From contig CAZWKX010000001.1 in assembly GCA_964633975.1 (NCBI GenBank), positions 63,969-127,968 on the forward strand: a stretch of DNA of 64,000 bases, in the 5' to 3' direction. Positions 17,900 through 26,915 of the stretch are shown in pieces; the first letter of the stretch is position 1; each line of letters opens with the position of its first letter. The notes under the pieces are model-generated. The model was not told the DNA's origin. It made no database searches and was given only the letters and a program-made list of their open reading frames with translations. The position numbers and the translations under genes are program-made. The DNA is from an uncultured Acidimicrobiia bacterium (GTDB lineage: Bacteria > Actinomycetota > Acidimicrobiia > Spongiisociales > UBA11373).

Positions 17900-19387
17900 A
17901 TGCCCCGATTGCGCAGCTCGATAGCCCTGATTGCGGTCGCTGCCGTCCTGTCGGGCTCTCCAGCCGGCGCCGCAGAGAATCCCCGCTCCTTCACCATCGC
18001 GGCAGCCGGCGACATCCTTATCCACGGCCGGGTGGCCGAGTATGCCCACGGGTACGCGGACGGCGACGGCTACGACTTCAGCTCGATGTTCACCCCGATC
18101 GAGCCGTGGATCAGCGAGGCCGACCTCGCCATATGCCACCTGGAGAGCGCCCTGTCGGCAGACGACACCCACCTCTCCTTTGAACCCTACGTCTACGTCG
18201 CCCCCTACGAGATCGCCGATGCCATCGCCGGCGCCGGCTACGACGACTGCTCGCTGGCCAGCAACCACTCCACCGACGGTGGCGAGCGCGGAGTGCGTGA
18301 AGCTATCGAGGTACTCGACTCCCTGGGCATCCGTCACGCCGGAACAGGCTGCAGCGAGGCGGAGCGCCTGCCCAACATCTACGAGGTCAAAGGCGTCGCC
18401 GTGGCACACATCTCGTACACCTACGGAGTCAGCGGCCCCTCCCGACTCGGCGAGTGTGTGGTGAACGTCATCAACGCCGACGCCATCCTCGCCGACGCCC
18501 GCTGGGCCCGGCAGAACGGGGCCGAGTTCGTCATCGTCAGCCTGCACTGGGGCGTGGAGAACAACCCTCCCCCCACGCTGGAACAGCAGACGCTCGCCGA
18601 AACCCTGTTGAACTCCCCCGACGTCGATCTCATCCTGGGGCACCACGCTCACGTGATCCAGCCCATCGACTGGATCAACGGCAAGCTCGTCGTCTACGGG
18701 ATGGGCAACCACCTGTCCAACCAGAACTCCGTCTACGGACCCAAGTACTACGCCACCGAAGACGGCGTCGTTGTGCACGTCACCGTCACCGAACAACCCG
18801 ATGGACACTTCGCCACCACCGACGTGCAGTTCACCCCGACCTGGGTCAACTGGCACGGCTACGACATCCTCCCCGTTGCCTTCAACCTCGCCTACGGCCC
18901 CGAGGAGCTGCGCCCCGAGCTTGAGGCGTCCATGCAGCGCACCGTCGACCGCTTCACCATGCTCACGGACGCCGAGACCACCCCGGCCGAGTGGCCCGCC
19001 GTGATGTGCTGGGGCCGGGCTGCCACCATCATCGGCACCAACGGCCCCGATCTGCTGATCGGCACTGCCGGGGATGACGTGATCGTGGGACGCGGAGGAG
19101 GCGACACCATCTGGGGCCACGGGGGCGACGACTACATCTGCGGACGCGACGGCAGCGACTACATCGCCGGAGGCACAGGCGACGATGTCATCAGCGGAGA
19201 CGAGGGCCACGACTTCATCCACGGCGACACTGGCGCCGACTCCCTGTGGGGGGACGCCGGCGCCGACACTCTGGATGGCGGCGCCGGCGACGACTCCCTC
19301 CACGGCGGCTCCGGAGACCTGCTCATCGGCGGGGCCGGCGCCGACACTTGCCGTGACGGTCTTCAAGACGTGTCCTGCAATCCTTGA
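17900..19387 (+). CDS. Secreted CapA/PGA_cap (metallophosphatase-like) domain protein with C-terminal RTX repeats, paralog 1
   Basis: 495 aa. Signal MPRLRSSIALIAVAAVLSGSPAGA. PGA_cap-like core (YDFSSMFTPIEPWISEADLAICHLE...LASNHSTDGGERG...IVSLHWGVE...LGHHAHVIQPIDWINGKLVVYGMGN). C-terminal GGxGxD repeats. Confidence 0.8.
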   Translation: MPRLRSSIALIAVAAVLSGSPAGAAENPRSFTIAAAGDILIHGRVAEYAHGYADGDGYDFSSMFTPIEPWISEADLAICHLESALSADDTHLSFEPYVYVAPYEIADAIAGAGYDDCSLASNHSTDGGERGVREAIEVLDSLGIRHAGTGCSEAERLPNIYEVKGVAVAHISYTYGVSGPSRLGECVVNVINADAILADARWARQNGAEFVIVSLHWGVENNPPPTLEQQTLAETLLNSPDVDLILGHHAHVIQPIDWINGKLVVYGMGNHLSNQNSVYGPKYYATEDGVVVHVTVTEQPDGHFATTDVQFTPTWVNWHGYDILPVAFNLAYGPEELRPELEASMQRTVDRFTMLTDAETTPAEWPAVMCWGRAATIIGTNGPDLLIGTAGDDVIVGRGGGDTIWGHGGDDYICGRDGSDYIAGGTGDDVISGDEGHDFIHGDTGADSLWGDAGADTLDGGAGDDSLHGGSGDLLIGGAGADTCRDGLQDVSCNP

Positions 19388-19429
19388 GCCTTGCCTGGGC
19401 GCGGCGGGCGCTCCTAGCGTGAGAGGGCC

Positions 19430-20929
19430 ATGAGAAGGACTCTGGCCATCGTCGCAGCACTCGCCCTCGCCGCGAGCACAGCTCCGAATGCCGCGGCACG
19501 CACGGAGCCGCGTTCGTTCACCATCGCCGCCGCCGGAGACATCATCATCCACGAAGCGATAGCCGTCCAAGCCCACTACAACGCACGAGGCGCCGGATAC
19601 GACTTCACCCCTATGTTCGAGCAGATAGAGCCGTGGATCGGAGACGCCGACCTCGCCATCTGCCACCTCGACGGAACCCTATCGGTAAACGACGTCGGCC
19701 TCTCATACCAGCACGGCTACGACCACCCCGCCTACTTCTACGGCCCCGGGGAGATGGCCGAGGCGATCGCCGCCGCCGGATTCGACACCTGCTCAACCGC
19801 AGGCAATCACTCCTGGGACAACGGCCGGCGCGGCCTGGAGGACACGCTGGTGATGCTGGATCGCGCCGGGGTGGCCCACGCCGGAACGGCGCGCAACCTG
19901 GAGGAGACGCGACCAGGGCTCCACGATGTCGACGGCGTCACCGTCGCCCACATCGCCTACTCGATGTCGATGAACGCCGGGCTCAGGCAGGAGCCGTCGT
20001 GGGCGGTGAACGTGATAGACGCCCAGGCCATCCTCGCCGACGCCGCCTGGGCCCGGGAGCAGGGCGCGGACTTCGTCGTGGTGAGCCTGCACTGGGGCGA
20101 GCAGTACGAGACGGAGCCGAGCCCGGATCAACGAGCCATGGCCGAAACCCTGCTTGCCTCTCCCGACATCGACGTGCTGCTCGGCCACCACGCTCATACC
20201 GTGCAGCCCATCGACTGGATCAACGGCAAGCTCGTGGTCTACGGCATGGGTGACTTCCTCACCAACATCCGAGGACCCTCCGGCGGCGGGTCCGGCGTCA
20301 TCGTGCACATGACCATCACCGAGCAGCCCGACGGGCGGTTCGCCACCAGCGACGTCCAGTTCACCCCCACCGCAGTGGACCCCTGGACCAAGGCGGTGCT
20401 ACCAGTCTCCTACACCCTGGCCTACGGCCCGGAGCGGCTGCGACCGGAGCTGGAAACCTTGTGGGACCGAACCATCGAAGGCCTCACCATGCTCACCGAG
20501 GCCGACACCACGCCGCCGGACTGGTCCCCACTGCTGTGCCGCGGCCAGATGGCCACCATCGTCGGCACCCATGCGCCCGACCTCCTGGTGGGCACCCCCT
20601 ACGACGACGTGATCGTCGGGCTCGACGGGGGCGACACCATCTGGGGCCACAGCGGTAACGACCTCATCTGCGGGGGCAAGGGCGACGACCACGTTGCCGG
20701 AGGAACCGGCAACGACAACGTCTACGGGGATCGAGGAGACGATTCCCTCCACGGCGACACGGGCGACGACACCCTGTGGGGCGACGCCGGCAACGACATG
20801 CTCGAGGGAGGCGCCGGAGGCGACACGCTGTGGGCCTCCTTGCCGGACGACACGCTCTACCCGGGCAGTGGGTACGACTCGTGCTACGACGGCGCCGGCT
20901 CGGTGCCCTGCACCCCCTTCTTGCCGTGA
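19430..20929 (+). CDS. Secreted CapA/PGA_cap domain protein with RTX repeats, paralog 2
   Basis: 499 aa, same architecture as paralog 1. Long stretches of near-identical DNA with it (e.g. atcgactggatcaacggcaagctcgt, ggcgacaccatctggggccac). Confidence 0.8.
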   Translation: MRRTLAIVAALALAASTAPNAAARTEPRSFTIAAAGDIIIHEAIAVQAHYNARGAGYDFTPMFEQIEPWIGDADLAICHLDGTLSVNDVGLSYQHGYDHPAYFYGPGEMAEAIAAAGFDTCSTAGNHSWDNGRRGLEDTLVMLDRAGVAHAGTARNLEETRPGLHDVDGVTVAHIAYSMSMNAGLRQEPSWAVNVIDAQAILADAAWAREQGADFVVVSLHWGEQYETEPSPDQRAMAETLLASPDIDVLLGHHAHTVQPIDWINGKLVVYGMGDFLTNIRGPSGGGSGVIVHMTITEQPDGRFATSDVQFTPTAVDPWTKAVLPVSYTLAYGPERLRPELETLWDRTIEGLTMLTEADTTPPDWSPLLCRGQMATIVGTHAPDLLVGTPYDDVIVGLDGGDTIWGHSGNDLICGGKGDDHVAGGTGNDNVYGDRGDDSLHGDTGDDTLWGDAGNDMLEGGAGGDTLWASLPDDTLYPGSGYDSCYDGAGSVPCTPFLP

Positions 20930-21507
20930 CCTACGCGCCCGACGTAAACGGCTTGTGGCGCAATTGCACCTCGACCGAAAGCCGGAGTCGTGGCGTGGTC
21001 CGTGCACAACAATCTCGCCACTCGCATCGACGCACCCCCGCACAGGAGACTGCAAATGGCGGCCCGCCCACCAGAGAAACTAGGAGACGCGCCGACACAT
21101 TCGCCCGGCAAGGTCTCGCCAAACCCAAGAAGCGCGATCTCGATGCGGTCACGTCACTCGAGCCGTCCCACCCGCACGCCGATGATGTGACGCACCTGGC
21201 ACAGCTCGCCAACCTCACCGAGCTGCACATCGATAGGACGCACGCGAGTGATCTGGCTCCCCTGTCGGCACTCACCAGCCTCACCGAGCTGCACGCGATT
21301 GCCGCGCCGCTGAGTGGCCCGACTCCCTTGTCGGCACTCGTCAACCTCACTCACCTGAATGTGCGCGAGACCAACGTGAGAGACCTGACGCCCCTCGGGC
21401 AGCTCGCCAACCTCACCGGACTCGACCTGTTCGGAGCGAACGACATCCAATACATGGAAGTGAGCAGACTGGAAAGACAGCTGCCCCAGCTGCTGGTCCG
21501 GTACTGA
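20926..21507 (+). CDS. Leucine-rich repeat (internalin-like LRR) protein; start uncertain
   Basis: C-terminal ~110 aa of ~22-residue LRRs (LAQLANLTELHIDRTHASDLAPLSALTSLTELH...LVNLTHLNVRETNVRDLTPLGQLANLTGLDL). No in-frame ATG and no signal peptide. An in-frame GTG overlaps the paralog-2 stop (GTGA). Confidence 0.45.
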   Translation: MTYAPDVNGLWRNCTSTESRSRGVVRAQQSRHSHRRTPAQETANGGPPTRETRRRADTFARQGLAKPKKRDLDAVTSLEPSHPHADDVTHLAQLANLTELHIDRTHASDLAPLSALTSLTELHAIAAPLSGPTPLSALVNLTHLNVRETNVRDLTPLGQLANLTGLDLFGANDIQYMEVSRLERQLPQLLVRY

Positions 21508-21649
21508 TCCCGTCCGGCGGCCATCTCGCGGCCCGGCTCTCGGAACAAGAAGCCCGCGGCGGCCCGGAGACGCCGGCGCCCCCGTCGACGGCGGCCCGCT
21601 CGGTGCTCTCTCCTTGCCACAGCTCGGCGACCGCCTCTAGCGTGACCCC

Positions 21650-23206
21650 ATGACGAGGAAAGCCCTGGCCTTCACCGCCGCCTCGCTGGTTGTGGCCGCC
21701 ATCGCCGCACCCGGGGCTGCGGCCGAGACCGAGCCGCGCTCTTTCACCATCGCCGCCACCGGCGACATCCTCGTGATGAGGAGCATGGCCGACACCGCCG
21801 CCTGGAACGCAGGCGGCGTGGGCTACGACTTCACCCCGATGGTGGAGGCCATAGAGCCGTGGATCGGCGACGCCGACCTGGCCATCTGCCACATTGAGGG
21901 CCCTCTGTCGGCGGACGACACCGGCCTGGTCTACGAGGCCCCCGGCGTGGTCTTCCCCCTCTTCAATGGCCCAGGGGACATAGCCGATGCGATCGCCGCC
22001 GCCGGTTTCGACACGTGCTCGACCGCCAACAACCACTCCTGGGACGAGGGCTGGGAAGGCCTTCAGGAGACCCTAGAGGTGCTAGATCGTGCCGGGGTCG
22101 ACCACGCCGGCACGGCGCGCACGCTCGAGGAGCGCCTGCCCAACTTGTACGTGCTCAACGGCGTCACCGTGGCCCACATCGCTTACTCGATACAGGTGAA
22201 CCCGCCTCTGATGCAAGAGCCCGAGTGGACGGTCAACGTCATCGACCCCGACGCCATCCTTACAGACGCCCGCTGGGCCAGGGAGAACGGGGCCGAGTTC
22301 GTCATCGTCAGCCTCCATTGGGGTGAGGGCTACCAAGTGGAGCCGACCGACGACCAGTACGACCTGGCCGAGACACTGCTGGCCTCCCCCGACATCGACG
22401 TGCTGGTCGGTCATCACACCCATACCGTGCAGCCCGTCGACTGGATCAACGGCAAGCTCGTCGTCTACGGCATGGGCGATTTCCTAACCGACATACGCAA
22501 GCCCGCCGGCGGAGGAGACGGGGTGATCGTGCACCTGACCGTCACCGAGCAGCCGAATGGCCGCTTCGTGACCAGCAGCGTGGAGTTCACCCCGATCTGG
22601 GTCGAGCCGGTGCACAAGACGGTGCTGCCCGTCGACTACACGCTTACCCACGGCCCCGGCTGGCTCCAAGCCGAGCTGGGGATCTCGCGAGAACGGGTCT
22701 TGCGCAATCTGACCATGTTCGAGGATGCCGTCACCACGCCGGCGGACTGGCCCGCGCTGCTGTGCCACGGCCGGCTGGCGACCATCGTGGGCACTCACAA
22801 TGCCGACCTCCTCATCGGCTCCCCGGGCGACGACGTGATCGTCGGCCTTGGCGGCGGCGACACGATCTGGGGCCACGGCGGCGACGACCTCATCTGCGGC
22901 GGTGACGGCGACGACCACATCGCCGGAGGTACCGGAGCCGATACGCTCGAAGGTGATGACGGCGACGACGTCTTGCACGGCGACACCGGCTCCGACACCA
23001 TCTGGGGTGGCGGCGGCGGCGACGCTCTCGAAGGCGGCGGCGACGACGATCTTCTCTACGGTGGGACCGGCGACGACCTCCTATATGGCAGCGGCGGCAA
23101 CGACACTCTTGAGGGTGGTGAGGGCAGCAACATCCTCTGGGGACACGGCGGCGACGACACCCTGGTCAGCACGTCGAACAGCGACGTGCTCTTCGACGAC
23201 ACCTGA
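21650..23206 (+). CDS. Secreted CapA/PGA_cap domain protein with RTX repeats, paralog 3
   Basis: 518 aa. Signal MTRKALAFTAASLVVAAIAAPGAAA. Same PGA_cap core and a longer GGxGxD repeat tail. Confidence 0.8.
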   Translation: MTRKALAFTAASLVVAAIAAPGAAAETEPRSFTIAATGDILVMRSMADTAAWNAGGVGYDFTPMVEAIEPWIGDADLAICHIEGPLSADDTGLVYEAPGVVFPLFNGPGDIADAIAAAGFDTCSTANNHSWDEGWEGLQETLEVLDRAGVDHAGTARTLEERLPNLYVLNGVTVAHIAYSIQVNPPLMQEPEWTVNVIDPDAILTDARWARENGAEFVIVSLHWGEGYQVEPTDDQYDLAETLLASPDIDVLVGHHTHTVQPVDWINGKLVVYGMGDFLTDIRKPAGGGDGVIVHLTVTEQPNGRFVTSSVEFTPIWVEPVHKTVLPVDYTLTHGPGWLQAELGISRERVLRNLTMFEDAVTTPADWPALLCHGRLATIVGTHNADLLIGSPGDDVIVGLGGGDTIWGHGGDDLICGGDGDDHIAGGTGADTLEGDDGDDVLHGDTGSDTIWGGGGGDALEGGGDDDLLYGGTGDDLLYGSGGNDTLEGGEGSNILWGHGGDDTLVSTSNSDVLFDDT

Positions 23207-23212
23207 GGTCCT

Positions 23213-26200
23213 TCAGCTCCGGCGTCCCCAGTGTGCCCAGTCCCGGCTGTGGATTCCCTTCACCTCGTGTGGCCAGGAGCGGAAACGGCGGGCGACGAGA
23301 TTGGTGACCCCGTCGCGGTGCTCGAGCACCCCCTCGACCACAACCCCGACGGCGCGGCGGGCAACCTCGCGGTGCGCCTGCCACACATCGGGAAGCACGA
23401 TGACGTTGAGGATTCCGGTTTCGTCCTCGAGGTTGAGGAAGATCACCCCCTTGGCCGTCATCGGACGCTGGCGATGGGTGATCACGCCCCCCACCGTCAC
23501 CCGCCTGCCGTTGCCACCGCTCCCGATGGCGGAGGCGATGGCCAGACATCCCCGGCCCTCCAGCCACTCGCGGAGGAACTCGACGGGATGATGCACCGAG
23601 ATCCCCGTCGACCACAGATCGGCCCGGGTCGACTCGACCTCGGTCATCGGCTCCAGCGGCGGGGCGTCGACTCCCTCGGCTAGGGCAAGGCGCCCCGGGC
23701 TCATGCCGGCGAGCGCCCCGGCCGCCCACAGGCCCTGGCGACGCTCCACCCCCAGCGCGGAGAGGGCGCCGGAGGCGGCCAAGCCTTCGAGGCCCTTGAC
23801 CGCCAGGCCGGTGCGCTGCGCCAGATCGACCACATCGGTAAAAGGCCCGCCGAGGAAACGCGCGGCTTCGATACGGGCGATCTCGGCCTCACCCAGGTTG
23901 CGTACGTAGCGAAGCCCCATGCGCACCGCCGTCGCCAAGCGGATGGGGTCGTAGTACGCCCCCCTCCCCCGCCGCCAGGTCATCCCGTAGTAGGTGGCGG
24001 TGTCCTCGGGATCGGCCGGATGCGGCACCACCGTGCAGTCGCCCGACGACTCGTTCACGTCGGGAGGCAGCACGACGACCCCGTGCCGACGGGAGTCCTG
24101 AACCAGCGAGTTGGGGCTGTAGAAGCCCATCGGCTGAGCGTTGAGAAGCCCGGCGAGCAGCTCGGCCGGCCAGTGGTACTTGAGCCAGGCCGACATGTAG
24201 ACGATGTAGGCGAACGACACCGAATGGCTCTCGGGGAAACCAAACGAGGCGAAACCCTGGAGCTTGTCCCAGATCTCGTCGGCGGCGGCGCCGGTGATCC
24301 CGTTGCCGGCCATGCCGGCGTAGGTCTCGGCCCGAAGCTTGGCCATCTCCTCTTCGGAGCGTTTGTGGGTCATCGCCTGGCGCAGGCGGTCGGACTGCCC
24401 GGCCGAGTAGCCGGCGCACACCCGGGCCAGCTCCATGAGCTGCTCCTGGAAGACGGGAACGCCCAGCGTCCTGCGCAGGATCGGCTCGGCGGCGGGATGC
24501 GGGTAGCGCACCGGCTCCTCGCCGTTGCGCCGGCGCAGGAACGGGTGCACCGAGTGCCCCTGGATGGGGCCGGGGCGGATGAGGGCCACCTCGATGGCGA
24601 GGTCGTAGAAGGTCTTCGGCTTCATGCGGGGCAGCGTGGCCATCTGAGCCCGCGACTCCACCTGGAAGACGCCCACGGTGTCGGCCTTGGCCAGCATCTC
24701 GTAGACCATCGGCTCCTGCGGCAAAGCCGCCAGGTCGACGTCGACTCCGTGCACGTCGGCGATGAGGTCGACGGTGAGATGGAGGGCGTTGAGCATGCCC
24801 AGGCCCAGGAGATCGAACTTGACGATGCCCATGGAGGCGCAGTCGTCCTTGTCCCACTGCAGCACCGAACGGTCCTCCATGCGCCCCCACTCCAATGGCA
24901 CCACCTCCCAGAGGGGCCGGTCGGCGATGACCATGCCCCCCGAGTGGATGCCGAGGTGGCGGGGGAAACCGTCGAGGCGTCGGCAGGCGTCGAGGATCAG
25001 CTTGCCGCTGAGCCCCTCCGGCAGATCCACGAACTCGGGGATCGCTTCGGTCCTGCGGGTGTCGAGGAACTTGGTGAGGCCGTTCACCTGAGCCTGGGTG
25101 AGGCCGAATGCCTTGCCCACGTCCTGGAGTACGGAGCGAGCCCGGTACGTGATCACGTTGGCCACCATCGCCGCCCGCTCCCGCCCGTAGCGCTCGTAGC
25201 AGTACTGGATGACCTCCTCACGCCGCTCCGCCTCGAAGTCGACGTCGATGTCGGGAGGACGGCCCCGCTCGGCGGAGAGGAACCTCTCGAAGGGCAGGGC
25301 GAGGCGCAGCGGATCGACCCGGGTGAGCCCGAGGCAGCGGCACACCGCCGAATCGCCGCCCGAGCCCCGGATCTGGCAGTAGATGTCCCGGCGGCGGGCG
25401 AACTGCACGATGTCCCATACCACAAGGAAGTAGCCGGGGAAGCCAAGGTCTTCGATCACCCCCAGCTCATGATCGAGGCGGGCGATGGCCCGGGGATCGA
25501 CGCCGCCGGGCCCGTCGCCCGGATACACCTCGACGGCGCCCCGGAAGGTCAGGTGGCGCAGGTACTCCATCTCACCGAGGAAGGCGCCTGGCATGGGAAA
25601 GTCCGGAAGGCGTGGCGCCACCAGGGAGAGGTCGAAGGCGAGAGTGGCCCCCAGGTCGGCGGCACGCTCCACCGCCCCCGGATAGCGGAGGAAACGGCGG
25701 GTCATCTGGTCGGGCGACTTCAGGTAACGCTCGTCCGTCGCCGGCCAGAACCCGTGTCCGCCGTTGAGGGAGCGGCGGCCTCCGATAGCAGCGAGCACCT
25801 CGGCGAGATCGGCCTCGGAGCGGTCGTGGTAGTGCACGTTGTTGGTAGCCACCAGGGGAAGGCGCAGGCGGGCGGCCACCTCGGCGAGCACGTCGTTGCG
25901 GTTGTCGTCCTCGGGCATGGCGTGGTGCCACAGCTCCACGTAGAGCCGGCCGGGGAAGATTTCGCGGAGCCGGGCCGCTGCTCGCATCGCCGCATCGAGG
26001 TCGCCGTCCTGCGCGGCCCGAGGCACCGCCCCACGCCGGCACCCGGTGAGGGCGACGAGGCGGCCGGCGGACGAGGCCTCGGCGAGCTGGCCCTCGTCGT
26101 AGACGGGCCGTTCCTTCTCGCCGCGAAATTGGGCCCGGGTGACCAGCCGGGAGAGGGCGGCGTAGCCCGCCGGGTCGGGCGCCAGCAGCACGAGATGCTC

Positions 26201-26434
26201 GAGGGACTCCCGGTCGGGATTGCCCAGCGCCACCTCGGTTCCGTACACCGTGGCCAGCCCCACCTCCTGTGCCGCGGTGCGGAATTTGGGCGCTCCGTAG
26301 AAGCCGTTGTGGTCGGTGATGGCCAACGCCTCGTAGCCGAGATCGGCGGCACGCCGCACCAGGTCGTGCGGGTGTGAGGACCCGTCGCGAAACGAGAAGT
26401 TGGAGTGGCAGTGCAGCTCGGCGTAACGGGTCAT
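23213..26434 (-). CDS. dnaE2: Error-prone DNA polymerase III alpha subunit DnaE2 (ImuC)
   Basis: Start taken at MTRYAELHCHSNFSFRDGSSHPHDLVRRAADLGYEALAITDHNG (PHP domain). About 1073 aa, typical DnaE2 length. The six-frame ORF extends 19 codons further upstream across the LexA box, so it was trimmed. Confidence 0.9.
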   Translation of the reverse strand: MTRYAELHCHSNFSFRDGSSHPHDLVRRAADLGYEALAITDHNGFYGAPKFRTAAQEVGLATVYGTEVALGNPDRESLEHLVLLAPDPAGYAALSRLVTRAQFRGEKERPVYDEGQLAEASSAGRLVALTGCRRGAVPRAAQDGDLDAAMRAAARLREIFPGRLYVELWHHAMPEDDNRNDVLAEVAARLRLPLVATNNVHYHDRSEADLAEVLAAIGGRRSLNGGHGFWPATDERYLKSPDQMTRRFLRYPGAVERAADLGATLAFDLSLVAPRLPDFPMPGAFLGEMEYLRHLTFRGAVEVYPGDGPGGVDPRAIARLDHELGVIEDLGFPGYFLVVWDIVQFARRRDIYCQIRGSGGDSAVCRCLGLTRVDPLRLALPFERFLSAERGRPPDIDVDFEAERREEVIQYCYERYGRERAAMVANVITYRARSVLQDVGKAFGLTQAQVNGLTKFLDTRRTEAIPEFVDLPEGLSGKLILDACRRLDGFPRHLGIHSGGMVIADRPLWEVVPLEWGRMEDRSVLQWDKDDCASMGIVKFDLLGLGMLNALHLTVDLIADVHGVDVDLAALPQEPMVYEMLAKADTVGVFQVESRAQMATLPRMKPKTFYDLAIEVALIRPGPIQGHSVHPFLRRRNGEEPVRYPHPAAEPILRRTLGVPVFQEQLMELARVCAGYSAGQSDRLRQAMTHKRSEEEMAKLRAETYAGMAGNGITGAAADEIWDKLQGFASFGFPESHSVSFAYIVYMSAWLKYHWPAELLAGLLNAQPMGFYSPNSLVQDSRRHGVVVLPPDVNESSGDCTVVPHPADPEDTATYYGMTWRRGRGAYYDPIRLATAVRMGLRYVRNLGEAEIARIEAARFLGGPFTDVVDLAQRTGLAVKGLEGLAASGALSALGVERRQGLWAAGALAGMSPGRLALAEGVDAPPLEPMTEVESTRADLWSTGISVHHPVEFLREWLEGRGCLAIASAIGSGGNGRRVTVGGVITHRQRPMTAKGVIFLNLEDETGILNVIVLPDVWQAHREVARRAVGVVVEGVLEHRDGVTNLVARRFRSWPHEVKGIHSRDWAHWGRRS

Positions 26435-26451
26435 GGAACCCTCCAGTGTAA

Positions 26452-26467
26452 TCGAACATATGTTCGA
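26452..26467. promoter_or_regulatory. LexA/SOS box (actinobacterial Cheo-type) upstream of dnaE2
   Basis: Perfect palindrome TCGAACATATGTTCGA (TCGAAC-N4-GTTCGA) 18 nt upstream of the dnaE2 ATG. Followed on the coding strand by the SD-like GGAGGG. Confidence 0.7.
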
Positions 26468-26496
26468 CCACACTGGGATAGCCCCGGCCATACGCC

Positions 26497-26680
26497 GGAA
26501 ACGAGCACCACCTTGCCGGCGTGTCCGCCGCGCTCTAGCAGCTCGTGAGCACGAGCGGCCTCAACCAGGGGGATGCGTTCTGCGACCAACGGCTTGAGCC
26601 GGCCGGCTTGCCTGAATGGCCAAAACAGGGCCAACAAGTCGGAGCCACCGAGCGGTAGCCAATAGGTCATACCTACGGTA
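26497..26680 (-). pseudogene. C-terminal remnant of a zinc-type/quinone oxidoreductase (MDR family) gene
   Basis: The reverse frame encodes ...LPLGGSDLLALF...KPLVAERIPLVEAARAHELLERGGHAGKVVLV, the characteristic MDR C-terminus. No N-terminal ~270 aa anywhere nearby. The frame reads on through the LexA box without a proper stop. Confidence 0.4.
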
Positions 26681-26690
26681 GGATGCTGGT

Positions 26691-26915
26691 ATGAAGTTGA
26701 GTGTGAGCCTGCCTGAGGAAGCCGTCGAGTTCCTCGATCGATACGCCCAGGCCCGGGGGTACAAATCCCGATCGGCAGTGGTCCACAGAGCGGTCCGCTT
26801 GCTGCGCACCACGGAGCTGGGAGACGCCTACGTCGATGCATGGGACGAGTGGTCGGACTCCGACAACGCCGACGTATGGGATGCCACGGTGGGCGACGGA
26901 CTGGCGCACGGCTGA
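26691..26915 (+). CDS. Ribbon-helix-helix antitoxin (MazE/PemI-like)
   Basis: 74 aa. MKLSVSLPEEAVEFLDRYAQARGYKSRSAVVHRAVRLLR = beta-strand plus two helices. Its stop overlaps the ATG of the toxin gene (TGATG). Confidence 0.7.
   Translation: MKLSVSLPEEAVEFLDRYAQARGYKSRSAVVHRAVRLLRTTELGDAYVDAWDEWSDSDNADVWDATVGDGLAHG

Noticed and set aside
20990-21190. ATG-initiated 66-aa ORF (MAARPPEKLG…) as an alternative start for the LRR protein.
   Set aside because: It is in a different frame from the LRR repeats and its translation is low-complexity. No single frameshift would obviously join it to the LRR frame.
26435-26491. 19 extra N-terminal codons of the dnaE2 six-frame ORF.
   Set aside because: The extension runs across the LexA box. 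MTRYAELHCHSNFS is the conserved PHP-domain start with an upstream GGAGGG.
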